Shown: in pieces, positions 52,367-61,393 of the stretch | Numbering within the stretch: the first letter of the stretch is position 1 | Layout: every line of letters starts with the position of its first letter | Origin: a virus | IMG/VR virus record: IMGVR_UViG_3300032213_001850 | Location: 17,380 to 81,379 of that record | Length of the DNA: 64,000 nt | Direction: 5' to 3' (one strand) | Translations under genes and position numbers: made by a program | Notes under the pieces: model-generated | The model's input: the letters and a program-made list of their open reading frames with translations, nothing else | Databases searched by the model: none | What the model was told of the DNA's origin: nothing

Positions 52367-52482
52367 TAAACCCAATCAAAATCATCAAAAAGTGGTATGA
52401 AAACTATAAGATGAAAAAAAGAATAAAGAAAAAGTTAGAAGAACTTAAAAAAAGAGACCCATTTGTTTATAAGAATTTCTAA
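52363..52482 (+). CDS. Small basic peptide (39 aa)
   Basis: MINPIKIIKKWYENYKMKKRIKKKLEELKKRDPFVYKNF*; ATGA overlap with the upstream stop and fills the gap up to the next promoter; below the ORF-track cutoff. Confidence 0.65.
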   Translation: MINPIKIIKKWYENYKMKKRIKKKLEELKKRDPFVYKNF

Positions 52483-52491
52483 TATTTTAAG

Positions 52492-52499
52492 ATATTTAT
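52492..52499 (+). promoter_or_regulatory. Putative late promoter box ATATTTAT
   Basis: 4 nt before ATG 52504. Confidence 0.6.
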
Positions 52500-52503
52500 A
52501 TAC

Positions 52504-54753
52504 ATGAATTTAAATCAATTACAATTTAATGAAGAATTTCCTGGAGGAATAGGTACCGGATTAGTTTTACCTGGTGGATATATTAATGGTGCACCCAGTG
52601 AATCGGTTTCAAAAATAATGACTTCAAATGAAGAAGAGAAAATATTTGAAGAATTTGTAAATAAATATTTTGTCATAAAAGAAGGAGGAGCTGCAGGACA
52701 TTTGGCACATCCATTTGAAGATGAAAATCTAAGGTTCTCCGATATGAAATCCATGCTTAATAAGGGATTATTGGGAGGACTGGATTCAGAAGCTCCTGTT
52801 AGTGAAAAACTAGACGGACAGAATATTGCATTTACTGTAAAGGATGGTAATATAAGATTTGGTAGAAACAAAGGCCATGTTAAAAATAGTGGAGAAAATT
52901 CATTGGATGTTCAAGGAATTGCAAAACAATTTGCCGGAAGAGGTGGAATTGAAAAAGCTTTCACCGGTGCAGCTGAAGATTTACATGCGGCCGTTTCTAA
53001 ATTAAAACCAGAACAAGTTAGAAAAATGTTTGGTAATGGTTCTAAATTTATGAGTTTAGAAATTATATTACCTGATACCACAAATGTAATCCCATATGGT
53101 AGAAGTGTATTGGTAATGCATGGAACAATTCAATATGATAAAGAGGGAAATGAGGTAGGTCGTTCTAATGAAGATGCACAATTATTTGCAACAGCAGTTC
53201 AAAAAGTTGGAGCTGATAAACAAAAAACATTTGGTATTGAAGGGCCCAAAACAATTGCATTTTCCGATGAACCAACAAAGGAATATTTGGATAAATACAA
53301 ATTATATGATAAGCAATTATCCAATTTACAAAAACAATATGGTTTAACTGATAAATCTAAATTAGAAGATTACAGAAGAAAATGGTGGGAAAATGAAATT
53401 AATAACCAAGAAAAACAATTAGGTGTTAAATTTTCTCCATCACAAAAGAAAGGTTTAATTAAAAGGTTTGCAGATGGTGATAAAACATTTGGAGTAAAAA
53501 ACTTAGAACAACCAGCACAACAACAGTGGTTTAGAGATTTTGAAACAAACAAATTACAGGCATCTCAAAAACAAATGATTAAACCAATTGAAAGTGTATT
53601 TTTAAACGCAGGTGCACAGACATTAAAAAGAGTAACAAACTTTTTAGCAGCAAACAATCCTGGTGCAGCTGATGCACTAAGAAAGGAAACCTTACAATCA
53701 ATTAAAGGAATTAAAGATAGTAAAGATGTCGATAAAATTGCAAAATTACAAATTGAATTAGAAAGATTAAATAATATCGGTATGGATAATATTGTCCCAT
53801 CCGAAGGAGTTGTATTTCAATATAAAGGAAAACCATACAAATTTACAGGAGCATTTGCACCTATAAATCAAATACAAGGAACTTTTAAATTTGACAAACC
53901 AAAAAAGAAAGAAGAAACTCCTGTATCTGGAAAAGAACAACCAAAAGAAACTAACAAAAAAACAATAGCTATTTTTTCTGGTAGATTCCAACCATTCCAT
54001 GCAGGACATTATAGTATTTACAAATCATTGGTTGATAAGTTTGGTAAAGATAATGTATATGTTGCAACCTCAAATATTGTTGACCCAATTAAGTCTCCAT
54101 TCTCATTTAAGGATAAGAAACAAATTATGACTACAATGTTTGATATACCAAAAAACAAAGTAGTACAGGTTAAAAATCCATATGCACCGGTTGAGATTTT
54201 AGAAAAATTTCCACCAGAAACTTCATATGTTACTGCAGTTTCAGAAAAAGATGCAGAAAGACTTCAAAGAAATGATAAATATTTTAAAAATATAGAAGAT
54301 GTTCCATCACAAAAAAGAAAAGGATATGGTGATGAGGGATATTTTATAATTGCACCTGAAATGCAGTTAAAAGTAAATAGAAAAAATATTAGTGGTACTC
54401 AATTGAGAGCAACTTTTGGAAATGATATGATGTCCGCAGCTGAAAAGAAAAAAATATTTACACAAATATATCCTAAATTTGATAAAGATGTTTTTGCAAA
54501 TATTGTAAATACAACCAAAAAAGCAGAAGCATTAAAAAAATCAAAACAAGTTACCAAAGATACAGCTTTAAAATCAAAATTAAAATCATTAGACCCTAAA
54601 ACTAAAAAGAAAGTACAAAAAACTTTACAAACTAAAATTAAAAATCCTGTTACTGGAAATGTAATATTAGTTAAATCTGCATTAAAATATGATGATAGTC
54701 AAGCAGTAAAAAAACTTGCAGTTGGTTTAATAAAACAAGCTATGAAAAAATAA
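52504..54753 (+). CDS. Ligase-like (KxDG) nucleotidyltransferase domain fused to an HxGH NadM/cytidylyltransferase-like domain
   Basis: SEKLDGQN, EGVVF, YKFTG; then FSGRFQPFHAGH, SPFS, ISGTQLR; Lys-rich tail. Confidence 0.7.
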   Translation: MNLNQLQFNEEFPGGIGTGLVLPGGYINGAPSESVSKIMTSNEEEKIFEEFVNKYFVIKEGGAAGHLAHPFEDENLRFSDMKSMLNKGLLGGLDSEAPVSEKLDGQNIAFTVKDGNIRFGRNKGHVKNSGENSLDVQGIAKQFAGRGGIEKAFTGAAEDLHAAVSKLKPEQVRKMFGNGSKFMSLEIILPDTTNVIPYGRSVLVMHGTIQYDKEGNEVGRSNEDAQLFATAVQKVGADKQKTFGIEGPKTIAFSDEPTKEYLDKYKLYDKQLSNLQKQYGLTDKSKLEDYRRKWWENEINNQEKQLGVKFSPSQKKGLIKRFADGDKTFGVKNLEQPAQQQWFRDFETNKLQASQKQMIKPIESVFLNAGAQTLKRVTNFLAANNPGAADALRKETLQSIKGIKDSKDVDKIAKLQIELERLNNIGMDNIVPSEGVVFQYKGKPYKFTGAFAPINQIQGTFKFDKPKKKEETPVSGKEQPKETNKKTIAIFSGRFQPFHAGHYSIYKSLVDKFGKDNVYVATSNIVDPIKSPFSFKDKKQIMTTMFDIPKNKVVQVKNPYAPVEILEKFPPETSYVTAVSEKDAERLQRNDKYFKNIEDVPSQKRKGYGDEGYFIIAPEMQLKVNRKNISGTQLRATFGNDMMSAAEKKKIFTQIYPKFDKDVFANIVNTTKKAEALKKSKQVTKDTALKSKLKSLDPKTKKKVQKTLQTKIKNPVTGNVILVKSALKYDDSQAVKKLAVGLIKQAMKK

Positions 54754-54821
54754 AAAATTTATTTTTGATAGATTATTTTGATATATATAATATAAAGAAA
54801 CGGTTATAAAAGTATAGAAAT

Positions 54822-55490
54822 ATGGCAAAAAGAAAAAGTTTTGATGAGAAATCAAAAGGGATGCACAAATCTCGTAAACTCATTATAGACACGGTTTTTG
54901 GAAGAGAGGACAACACACAACGAGTACATGGTTATGAAGGTGAGGTTGAACAAAAAAGAGAAGTGGGTGAAAGATGGGTTGACAAAGATGATAAAGAGTG
55001 GGAACAAAAAGAAGGTTTCAAAGTTGCAGTCACTCAAATGGATGATGTTAGACAATTTTTACAAAAGCTGAGCACATGTTCAGTTGAAGATTGTAAAACG
55101 GAAACATATAGTAGTGCAGACAAAAAACTAATTCGCAAAACAGGAATGTGTATAGTTTGTCTTGCAAAATTTGAACAAGGTTTAAAACAAGATGGAACAT
55201 ATCCTTTCTATGAAGATTATAAGATAACAAGAAACAAACTTGCTTATGTTAGAGAATTAAAAGATAGATATGAAGAAGCCTTAGGTGGTATTAAAAAACA
55301 AATGGAAATTATCACCGAAGATGGCAGAACTGAAACTTGGACATGGGATGTTGATATTGAAAAAGTAAAACAAGATTTAAAAAATGATATAGATGGTGCA
55401 TATGAGGCCATCGAATTATTAATAGAAAGAAAGAGGTTATTAGAAGAAAAATTGGTTGAGTTAAATCATCCAGAATTAATTAAAAAATAA
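54822..55490 (+). CDS. Hypothetical protein with a probable Zn-binding Cys cluster
   Basis: CSVEDC...MCIVC; lies just upstream of the terminase region. Confidence 0.6.
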   Translation: MAKRKSFDEKSKGMHKSRKLIIDTVFGREDNTQRVHGYEGEVEQKREVGERWVDKDDKEWEQKEGFKVAVTQMDDVRQFLQKLSTCSVEDCKTETYSSADKKLIRKTGMCIVCLAKFEQGLKQDGTYPFYEDYKITRNKLAYVRELKDRYEEALGGIKKQMEIITEDGRTETWTWDVDIEKVKQDLKNDIDGAYEAIELLIERKRLLEEKLVELNHPELIKK

Positions 55491-55495
55491 AAATT

Positions 55496-56143
55496 ATGAA
55501 AAAATTCTTAAATTTAAAAAACATTGCAATTGCAGTATTAGTAGTAATCGTATTATTAGAGTATTTTAACCCAGGTGGAAAGATGCCAGGTAGAACTGTT
55601 AGAATTGATGGTAAAAAATACGAAGTTATTAAACATGACATAGATACATTTGAAGTTGTTAAAACGAAAGTAGTAACTAAAAAAGGTTCGGACATCTATC
55701 ATGAAACAATTGTAGAAAAAGAAGTAGTAATCCCTGCAATAGTGGATACTCAAGCTTTATTAAAAGATTACTATTCAAAAGTATTATACAAAGATGTATT
55801 AGTATTACCTGATTCATTAGGAACAGTTTCAGTAACGGATACAATTTCACAAAACAAAATTATGGGTAGAACTTTCGATGCTAAAGTAAAAGAAAGAACT
55901 ATTAAAGAAACTCTTATTGTTAAAGAATTGCCTAAAACACAAGTGTATTATGGTTTTACTGGTGGATTTAACAAAGCTGATGTAGTTTCAAATATTGGTG
56001 GTGGGTTGTTGATAAAAACTAAAAAAGATAAAATCTACCAAGTTGGTGTGGGTGTTGCAAATAGAGTAACAGACGGAACTAACGGAACATTATCACCATA
56101 TGTTGGTGCAGGTGTATATTGGAAGATTAAATTCAAAAAATAA
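55496..56143 (+). CDS. Membrane-anchored protein, possibly spanin-like
   Basis: Basic N-terminus plus IAIAVLVVIVLL transmembrane segment; amphipathic C-terminal beta strands ending YVGAGVYWKIKF. Confidence 0.5.
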   Translation: MKKFLNLKNIAIAVLVVIVLLEYFNPGGKMPGRTVRIDGKKYEVIKHDIDTFEVVKTKVVTKKGSDIYHETIVEKEVVIPAIVDTQALLKDYYSKVLYKDVLVLPDSLGTVSVTDTISQNKIMGRTFDAKVKERTIKETLIVKELPKTQVYYGFTGGFNKADVVSNIGGGLLIKTKKDKIYQVGVGVANRVTDGTNGTLSPYVGAGVYWKIKFKK

Positions 56144-57753
56144 TGGGAGTTCAGGGGCAACCTAAGAAAACATTAAAAGAGATAATTGCTGAAGAATATC
56201 GCAAGTGTGCGTTAGACCCAATTTACTTTATGAAAAAGTATTGTGTCATTCAGCATCCGGTGAGAGGAAAAATACCCTTTCACCTTTATCCTTTCCAGGA
56301 AGATTGTTTAACAGACTTTAAAGATAATCGTTTTAACATTATTCTTAAATCTCGTCAGTTGGGTCTATCGACTTTATCTGCAGGATTTATTTTATGGAAG
56401 ATGTTATTCAACCAAGATTTCAATGCGTTGGTAATTGCAACGAAAGTCACTGTAGCAAAGAATCTGGTAGAGAAGGTAAGAGTTATGCACGATTTACTTC
56501 CTGTTTGGTTGAGAGATGGTGGTAGTTCATCGGTAGAAGATAACAAACTATCACTTAAATTAAAAAATGGTTCACAAGTAAAAGCAATCGCAAGTTCTCC
56601 AGACGCAGGCCGTTCGGAAGCCTTATCATTGTTAGTTGTGGATGAAGCTGCATTCATTAGAGATATTGATGAGATTTGGTTATCTGCACAATCTACATTA
56701 TCAACGGGTGGTTCTGCAATTGTATTATCTACTCCAAATGGCGTTGGTAACTGGTTCCATAAAATGTGGGTAGAAGGAGAAAGTGGTGCAAACGGATTTA
56801 ATTGTATTAACCTACATTGGACAAAACATCCAGAAAGAAATCAAGCATGGAGAGATGAACAAACTCGTATTTTGGGAATTAAAGGAGCAGCACAAGAATG
56901 TGATTGTGACTTTGTTGGTTCTGGTGATACGGTATTTGAACCGGCATTATTGACATGGTATAAAGATACATATGTGATGGACCCGGTTGAAAAAAGAGGA
57001 TTTGATAGTAATTTGTGGGTTTGGGAACATCCTAATTATAATAGAGCATATATGATATCCGCCGATGTCGCTAGAGGTGACGGAGCCGATTATTCTACTG
57101 CACAAGTTATAGACATAGAAGATTCATCACAGGTTGCAGAATATAGAGGTAAAATAGACACAAAAGATTTCGGAAACTTTTTAACATCATTGGCAACCGA
57201 ATATAATAACGCACTATTAGTTGTGGAGAACTCAAATGTGGGTTGGGCTTGTATTCAACAAATTATCAATAGAGGATATCAAAACTTATTTTATATGAGT
57301 AATGATTTAAAGTATATTGATACCGAAAGACAAATGTCAAACAAATATTATAGAGACGAAAGACAAATGGTTGCGGGATTTTCAACAACAACCAAAACTC
57401 GTCCTCTTATCATATCAGCATTGGACACATATATGAATGACAAAGATATTCTAATTCGTTCAAGTAGATTGATAGATGAAATGTTTACATTCATTTGGCA
57501 GAGTGGTAGGGCAGAAGCAATGAAAGGTTATAATGATGACCTTATTATGGCATTAGGTATTGGACTTTGGGTTCGTAATACTGCACTTCGTTTAAAACAA
57601 GAGGGAATTGATTTGACAAAAAATATGTTAAATGCAACATCAATTAATCCAAATCAGGGAGTTTATTCTTCAAATTGGCAAAATCATAAAAATCCATATG
57701 AAATGGAGCTGGGAAAAGGTGAAGTAGAAAACCTAACTTGGTTGCTAAAGTAA
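56143..57753 (+). CDS. terL: Terminase large subunit (T4 gp17-like)
   Basis: LYPFQ, ILKSRQLGLST, LVVDEAAF, STPNG, QECDCDF, ADVARG..DYS, VENSNVG, NDDLIMA. Confidence 0.95.
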   Translation: MGVQGQPKKTLKEIIAEEYRKCALDPIYFMKKYCVIQHPVRGKIPFHLYPFQEDCLTDFKDNRFNIILKSRQLGLSTLSAGFILWKMLFNQDFNALVIATKVTVAKNLVEKVRVMHDLLPVWLRDGGSSSVEDNKLSLKLKNGSQVKAIASSPDAGRSEALSLLVVDEAAFIRDIDEIWLSAQSTLSTGGSAIVLSTPNGVGNWFHKMWVEGESGANGFNCINLHWTKHPERNQAWRDEQTRILGIKGAAQECDCDFVGSGDTVFEPALLTWYKDTYVMDPVEKRGFDSNLWVWEHPNYNRAYMISADVARGDGADYSTAQVIDIEDSSQVAEYRGKIDTKDFGNFLTSLATEYNNALLVVENSNVGWACIQQIINRGYQNLFYMSNDLKYIDTERQMSNKYYRDERQMVAGFSTTTKTRPLIISALDTYMNDKDILIRSSRLIDEMFTFIWQSGRAEAMKGYNDDLIMALGIGLWVRNTALRLKQEGIDLTKNMLNATSINPNQGVYSSNWQNHKNPYEMELGKGEVENLTWLLK

Positions 57754-57760
57754 TTTTTAT

Positions 57761-57768
57761 ATATTTAT
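57761..57768 (+). promoter_or_regulatory. Putative late promoter box ATATTTAT
   Basis: Intergenic, 19 nt before ATG 57788. Confidence 0.6.
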
Positions 57769-57787
57769 ATGTTGAAACTATTATAAT

Positions 57788-58351
57788 ATGAAACTAATTA
57801 ATTTAATTCCAAGTAATTTTACAGACATCAAAATTCTTACAAAAGAAGAATTTATGCAAGAAATGGAAAACCCGTGTTGGAAAGGATATGAAATGGTAGG
57901 TACTAAGAAAAAAAATGGTAGAGAAGTGCCTAATTGTGTTCCTAAAAATGAAAATATAGAAGAAGATATCAATAGTGATGACGATATTAATTATGGTAAA
58001 GTAGAACCTGAAGAATATGATGTAGATAATTATGATGATTTCAAAGACTTTATATCATACATAAAAGAATACAATAAAGAATTATCAGAAGCAACTTGCC
58101 CATGCATGACCGAAGGTGAATATCAAGGTAGAGATGTTCCGTTGGGCAAACCAATGAGAGGTGATGTAAAGAAATTTAAAGTATATGTAAAAAATCCTGC
58201 AGGCAATGTTGTTAAGGTAAACTTTGGTGACCCGAATATGAGAATTAAAAAATCAAATCCTGCAAGAAGAAAATCCTTTAGAGCAAGACATAATTGTGCA
58301 AACCCAGGACCAAGAACAAAAGCAAGATATTGGAGTTGTAGAAAGTGGTAA
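57788..58351 (+). CDS. Putative head-associated protein with acidic linker and basic C-terminal domain
   Basis: PCWKGYEMVGTKKKNGREVPNCVP module; KFKVYVK..VNFGD..RRKSFRARHNC..ARYWSC module. Confidence 0.6.
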   Translation: MKLINLIPSNFTDIKILTKEEFMQEMENPCWKGYEMVGTKKKNGREVPNCVPKNENIEEDINSDDDINYGKVEPEEYDVDNYDDFKDFISYIKEYNKELSEATCPCMTEGEYQGRDVPLGKPMRGDVKKFKVYVKNPAGNVVKVNFGDPNMRIKKSNPARRKSFRARHNCANPGPRTKARYWSCRKW

Positions 58352-58352
58352 A

Positions 58353-58384
58353 TTTGGAAAAGTGGAAAATTTTTCATATATTTA
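58353..58384 (+). promoter_or_regulatory. Bacteroidota-type housekeeping promoter
   Basis: TTTG 58353-56, 20-nt spacer, TATATTTA 58377-84. Confidence 0.6.
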
Positions 58385-58405
58385 GAAAAATAGAATTATA
58401 TAAAA

Positions 58406-60151
58406 ATGGCAGATAAATCAATATTTAGTAGGTTACAAAAATTATTTTCAACAAATACTATTGTCAGAAAAACGGCAAAAGGAATCAAAGTCGTAGATAC
58501 CGATGAGTATCAAAATATGACTACGAACCTAGTTGACCGTTTTATGAAACTAAAAGTTACAAATTATGGAACTGGACAAGTAGAATCTTCATTAGCATAT
58601 CAACAAGTTAGAATTGACCTATTTAGAGATTACGACTCAATGGATACAGACCCAATTTTATCATCGGCATTAAATGTGTATGCAGACGAATGTACTGCTA
58701 GAAATGAAATGGGTAGTGTATTAAAAATACATCACGAAGACGACCAAATCAAACAAGTATTAGAAAATTTATTTTACGATACACTTAATGTTGAATTTAA
58801 CTTATGGCCATGGGTTAGAAATTTAGTAAAATATGGTGATTTTTACTTACAATTAGAAATGGCAGATGAATTAGGTATTGTGAATACAAACCCATTATCT
58901 ACTTACGAAATGAGTAGAGTTGAAGGATTTGACCCACAAAACCCACAAAGAGTTAAATTTGTATATGCACCATATCAAAATCCAAATAGTGGATATTCTC
59001 AAAATAATAAAAAAGAATACGAAAACTATGAAATTGCACACTTTAGATTAAATGGTGATGCAAACTTCTTACCATATGGAAAATCTATGTTAGAAGGTGG
59101 TAGAAGAGTTTGGAAACAATTAATGTTGATGGAAGATGCAATGTTAATTCATAGAGTAATGAGAGCTCCTGAAAAGAGAATCTTTAAAGTGGATGTTGGT
59201 AATATCCCACCAAACGAAGTGGATAACTACATGCAGAAGATTATCAACTCATCTAAAAAAGTTCCCTTCGTTGATGAAAGAACTGGTGAGTATAACTTAA
59301 AATACAATATGCAAAACTTAATTGAAGATTATTATATGCCAGTTCGTGGTAGTGATAATGGAACTTCAATTGATACTTTAAAAGGTTTGGAATATAATAT
59401 GATTGATGATATCAACTATTTAAAAAATAAGTTGATGGCTGCTTTACAAATTCCAAAAGCATATTTAGGATATGAAGAAGATACAAATGGTAAAGCAACT
59501 CTTGCAGCAATGGATGTTAGATTTGCAAAAACAATTGAAAGAATACAAAGAGTTATCATTTCGGAATTAACTAAAATTGCAATCGTTCACTTATATGCAC
59601 AAGGAATTGAAGATGATAGATTAACTAGTTTCACATTAGAATTAACTATTCCATCTAAAATATATGAACAAGAAAAGGTTGAATTATATACATCAAAAAT
59701 AGCATTGATTCAACAAATGCAACAAACCAAAATGGTTTCAAAAGAATGGATGTATAAGGCTATATTAAATATGGCTAAAGATGAACAAGATGAAATGACA
59801 ATGCAAGTATTAGATGATACAAAACAATCATTCCGTTTAACTTCTATTGAAACACAGGGTATGGACCCGGCTAAACCAACCGGAACCGAAGGTACGACAA
59901 ATGTTGAAGAAGAAATAGATAATATCAATTCCGAATTGTCAAATGAAGATGAAGGTGGAAGACCAAAAGACCTTACAAGATATGGTAAAGATGACCACCC
60001 ACAAGGTAGAGACCCGTTGGGTGTTAAAACACTTAAAGCAAAAGAAGGTTCTGTAAAATATAAACCTAGAGAATCATATACTGAAATATTTAAAGATATG
60101 AAAGGTAATAAAAAAAAGATTTTAACAGAGAATTTAACAAAAAAGCAATAA
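58406..60151 (+). CDS. Portal protein (T4 gp20-like)
   Basis: KYGDFY, QLMLMEDAMLIHRVMRAPEKRIFKVDVGNIP, EDYYMPVRG, IDTLKG, AALQIP. Confidence 0.95.
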   Translation: MADKSIFSRLQKLFSTNTIVRKTAKGIKVVDTDEYQNMTTNLVDRFMKLKVTNYGTGQVESSLAYQQVRIDLFRDYDSMDTDPILSSALNVYADECTARNEMGSVLKIHHEDDQIKQVLENLFYDTLNVEFNLWPWVRNLVKYGDFYLQLEMADELGIVNTNPLSTYEMSRVEGFDPQNPQRVKFVYAPYQNPNSGYSQNNKKEYENYEIAHFRLNGDANFLPYGKSMLEGGRRVWKQLMLMEDAMLIHRVMRAPEKRIFKVDVGNIPPNEVDNYMQKIINSSKKVPFVDERTGEYNLKYNMQNLIEDYYMPVRGSDNGTSIDTLKGLEYNMIDDINYLKNKLMAALQIPKAYLGYEEDTNGKATLAAMDVRFAKTIERIQRVIISELTKIAIVHLYAQGIEDDRLTSFTLELTIPSKIYEQEKVELYTSKIALIQQMQQTKMVSKEWMYKAILNMAKDEQDEMTMQVLDDTKQSFRLTSIETQGMDPAKPTGTEGTTNVEEEIDNINSELSNEDEGGRPKDLTRYGKDDHPQGRDPLGVKTLKAKEGSVKYKPRESYTEIFKDMKGNKKKILTENLTKKQ

Positions 60152-60165
60152 ACTAATATAAAAAC

Positions 60166-60173
60166 ATATTTAT
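60166..60173 (+). promoter_or_regulatory. Putative late promoter box ATATTTAT
   Basis: Intergenic, 22 nt before ATG 60196. Confidence 0.6.
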
Positions 60174-60195
60174 ATCTGATAAATAATATCAATTG

Positions 60196-61068
60196 ATGAA
60201 AAAAATAAAGCATTCAAAGTTTAAAAATACCGGATTTATATTCGAATTATTAGTAAGACAAATTACGTCCGAAATAATGTCTAATAACAAATCTGTTGCA
60301 GAAAAAATTTTAAAAGAACATTTTAATTCAAAAAAAGAATTATCTAAAGAATTGAAATTATATCAATATCTTGTTAATGAAAAATATAATTCAGAATCTA
60401 AAGCTGAACAATTCATCAACACAATATTAGAAGCTCGTAAAAGATTAGATGAAACTAAACTTACAAGAGAGAAATACAATCTTATTAAAGAAATTAAAGA
60501 AACTTATAATTTAGATGAATTTATAAAATCATCTATTTCAAATTATAAAACTCTTGCATCTATTTACAAAATATTTGAAACCGTTACATCTGAAGAACAA
60601 TTTGACCCAACTGATATCGTTTCATCTCGTTTTACAATTGCAGAAAATATAATCAACTCATCTATTGAAAATAAAGATGTAAAAATTAAAGATGCAGTTT
60701 TAGAAGAATATAGAAAACAAGATGAAGATTTAAGAGCAGTATCTTATAAATTATTAGTAGAATCATTTAATAACAAATATAAAAATCTTACAAACGACCA
60801 AAAAGGATTATTAAGAGAATATATTAATAATATTAATAATACTGGTAAGTTAAATGAATATGTTGGAAATGAAGTAACTAATTTGGTTACTGCATTGAAA
60901 GAAGTAGGTTCTAAAATATCTGACAAAGTTACAAAAATTAAATTAGCAGAAACAATTTCAAATGTTAAAAAAATTAAATCGGTTAAGAAAATAAGAGAAC
61001 AACACCTATCAGCAATGATGATGACATATGAATTATTAAATGAATTAAAGGAATCTTTAAAAAAATAA
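60196..61068 (+). CDS. Conserved hypothetical head-module protein
   Basis: KHSKFKNTGFIFELLVRQ N-terminus; lies between portal and protease; start placed at ATG 60196. Confidence 0.6.
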   Translation: MKKIKHSKFKNTGFIFELLVRQITSEIMSNNKSVAEKILKEHFNSKKELSKELKLYQYLVNEKYNSESKAEQFINTILEARKRLDETKLTREKYNLIKEIKETYNLDEFIKSSISNYKTLASIYKIFETVTSEEQFDPTDIVSSRFTIAENIINSSIENKDVKIKDAVLEEYRKQDEDLRAVSYKLLVESFNNKYKNLTNDQKGLLREYINNINNTGKLNEYVGNEVTNLVTALKEVGSKISDKVTKIKLAETISNVKKIKSVKKIREQHLSAMMMTYELLNELKESLKK

Positions 61069-61071
61069 AAA

Positions 61072-61383
61072 ATGACAAATTATAGAATATTTAACGCAAA
61101 AGAAATCACAACAGGACAATCTGGTTCGTTGGATAGAGCGTGGGGTATAATGGTTAATACATCAATATGTACTGGTACTTTATATTTGGAAGGATTTACA
61201 GGTACATCCCATACTACTATGAGTTTGGCATATTTACCAAAAAATACACCAATACCAATATATCCTGCAAATTTACTAATATATAGTGCATCTGCTGCAC
61301 AACAATCATCTGGTTCAGCTGGTGTTGCAACAACAATGTATAGTGTTCAAGTAACATCTGGTTCAGTATATTTATTAGCTTAA
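61072..61383 (+). CDS. Small beta-rich protein, possibly capsid decoration
   Basis: 103 aa with three SGS motifs; in the head module. Confidence 0.45.
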   Translation: MTNYRIFNAKEITTGQSGSLDRAWGIMVNTSICTGTLYLEGFTGTSHTTMSLAYLPKNTPIPIYPANLLIYSASAAQQSSGSAGVATTMYSVQVTSGSVYLLA

Positions 61384-61393
61384 TATTATCAAA

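Noticed and set aside
31552-52482. Host (bacterial) LPS/capsule locus or assembly chimera
   Set aside because: The island is translationally coupled to the tail fibre gene, shares the GATC avoidance and promoter style of the flanks, and lacks flippase, polymerase or export genes
54781-54788. ATATATAT as a late promoter for 54822
   Set aside because: One mismatch to the motif inside an AT dinucleotide run; plausible but not distinguishable from background
20631-60195. ORF-track starts at 20631, 40240, 47286 and 60193
   Set aside because: These are non-ATG starts that overlap upstream genes or promoter boxes, or sit just before an in-frame ATG; ATGs at 20682, 40306, 47295 and 60196 fit better
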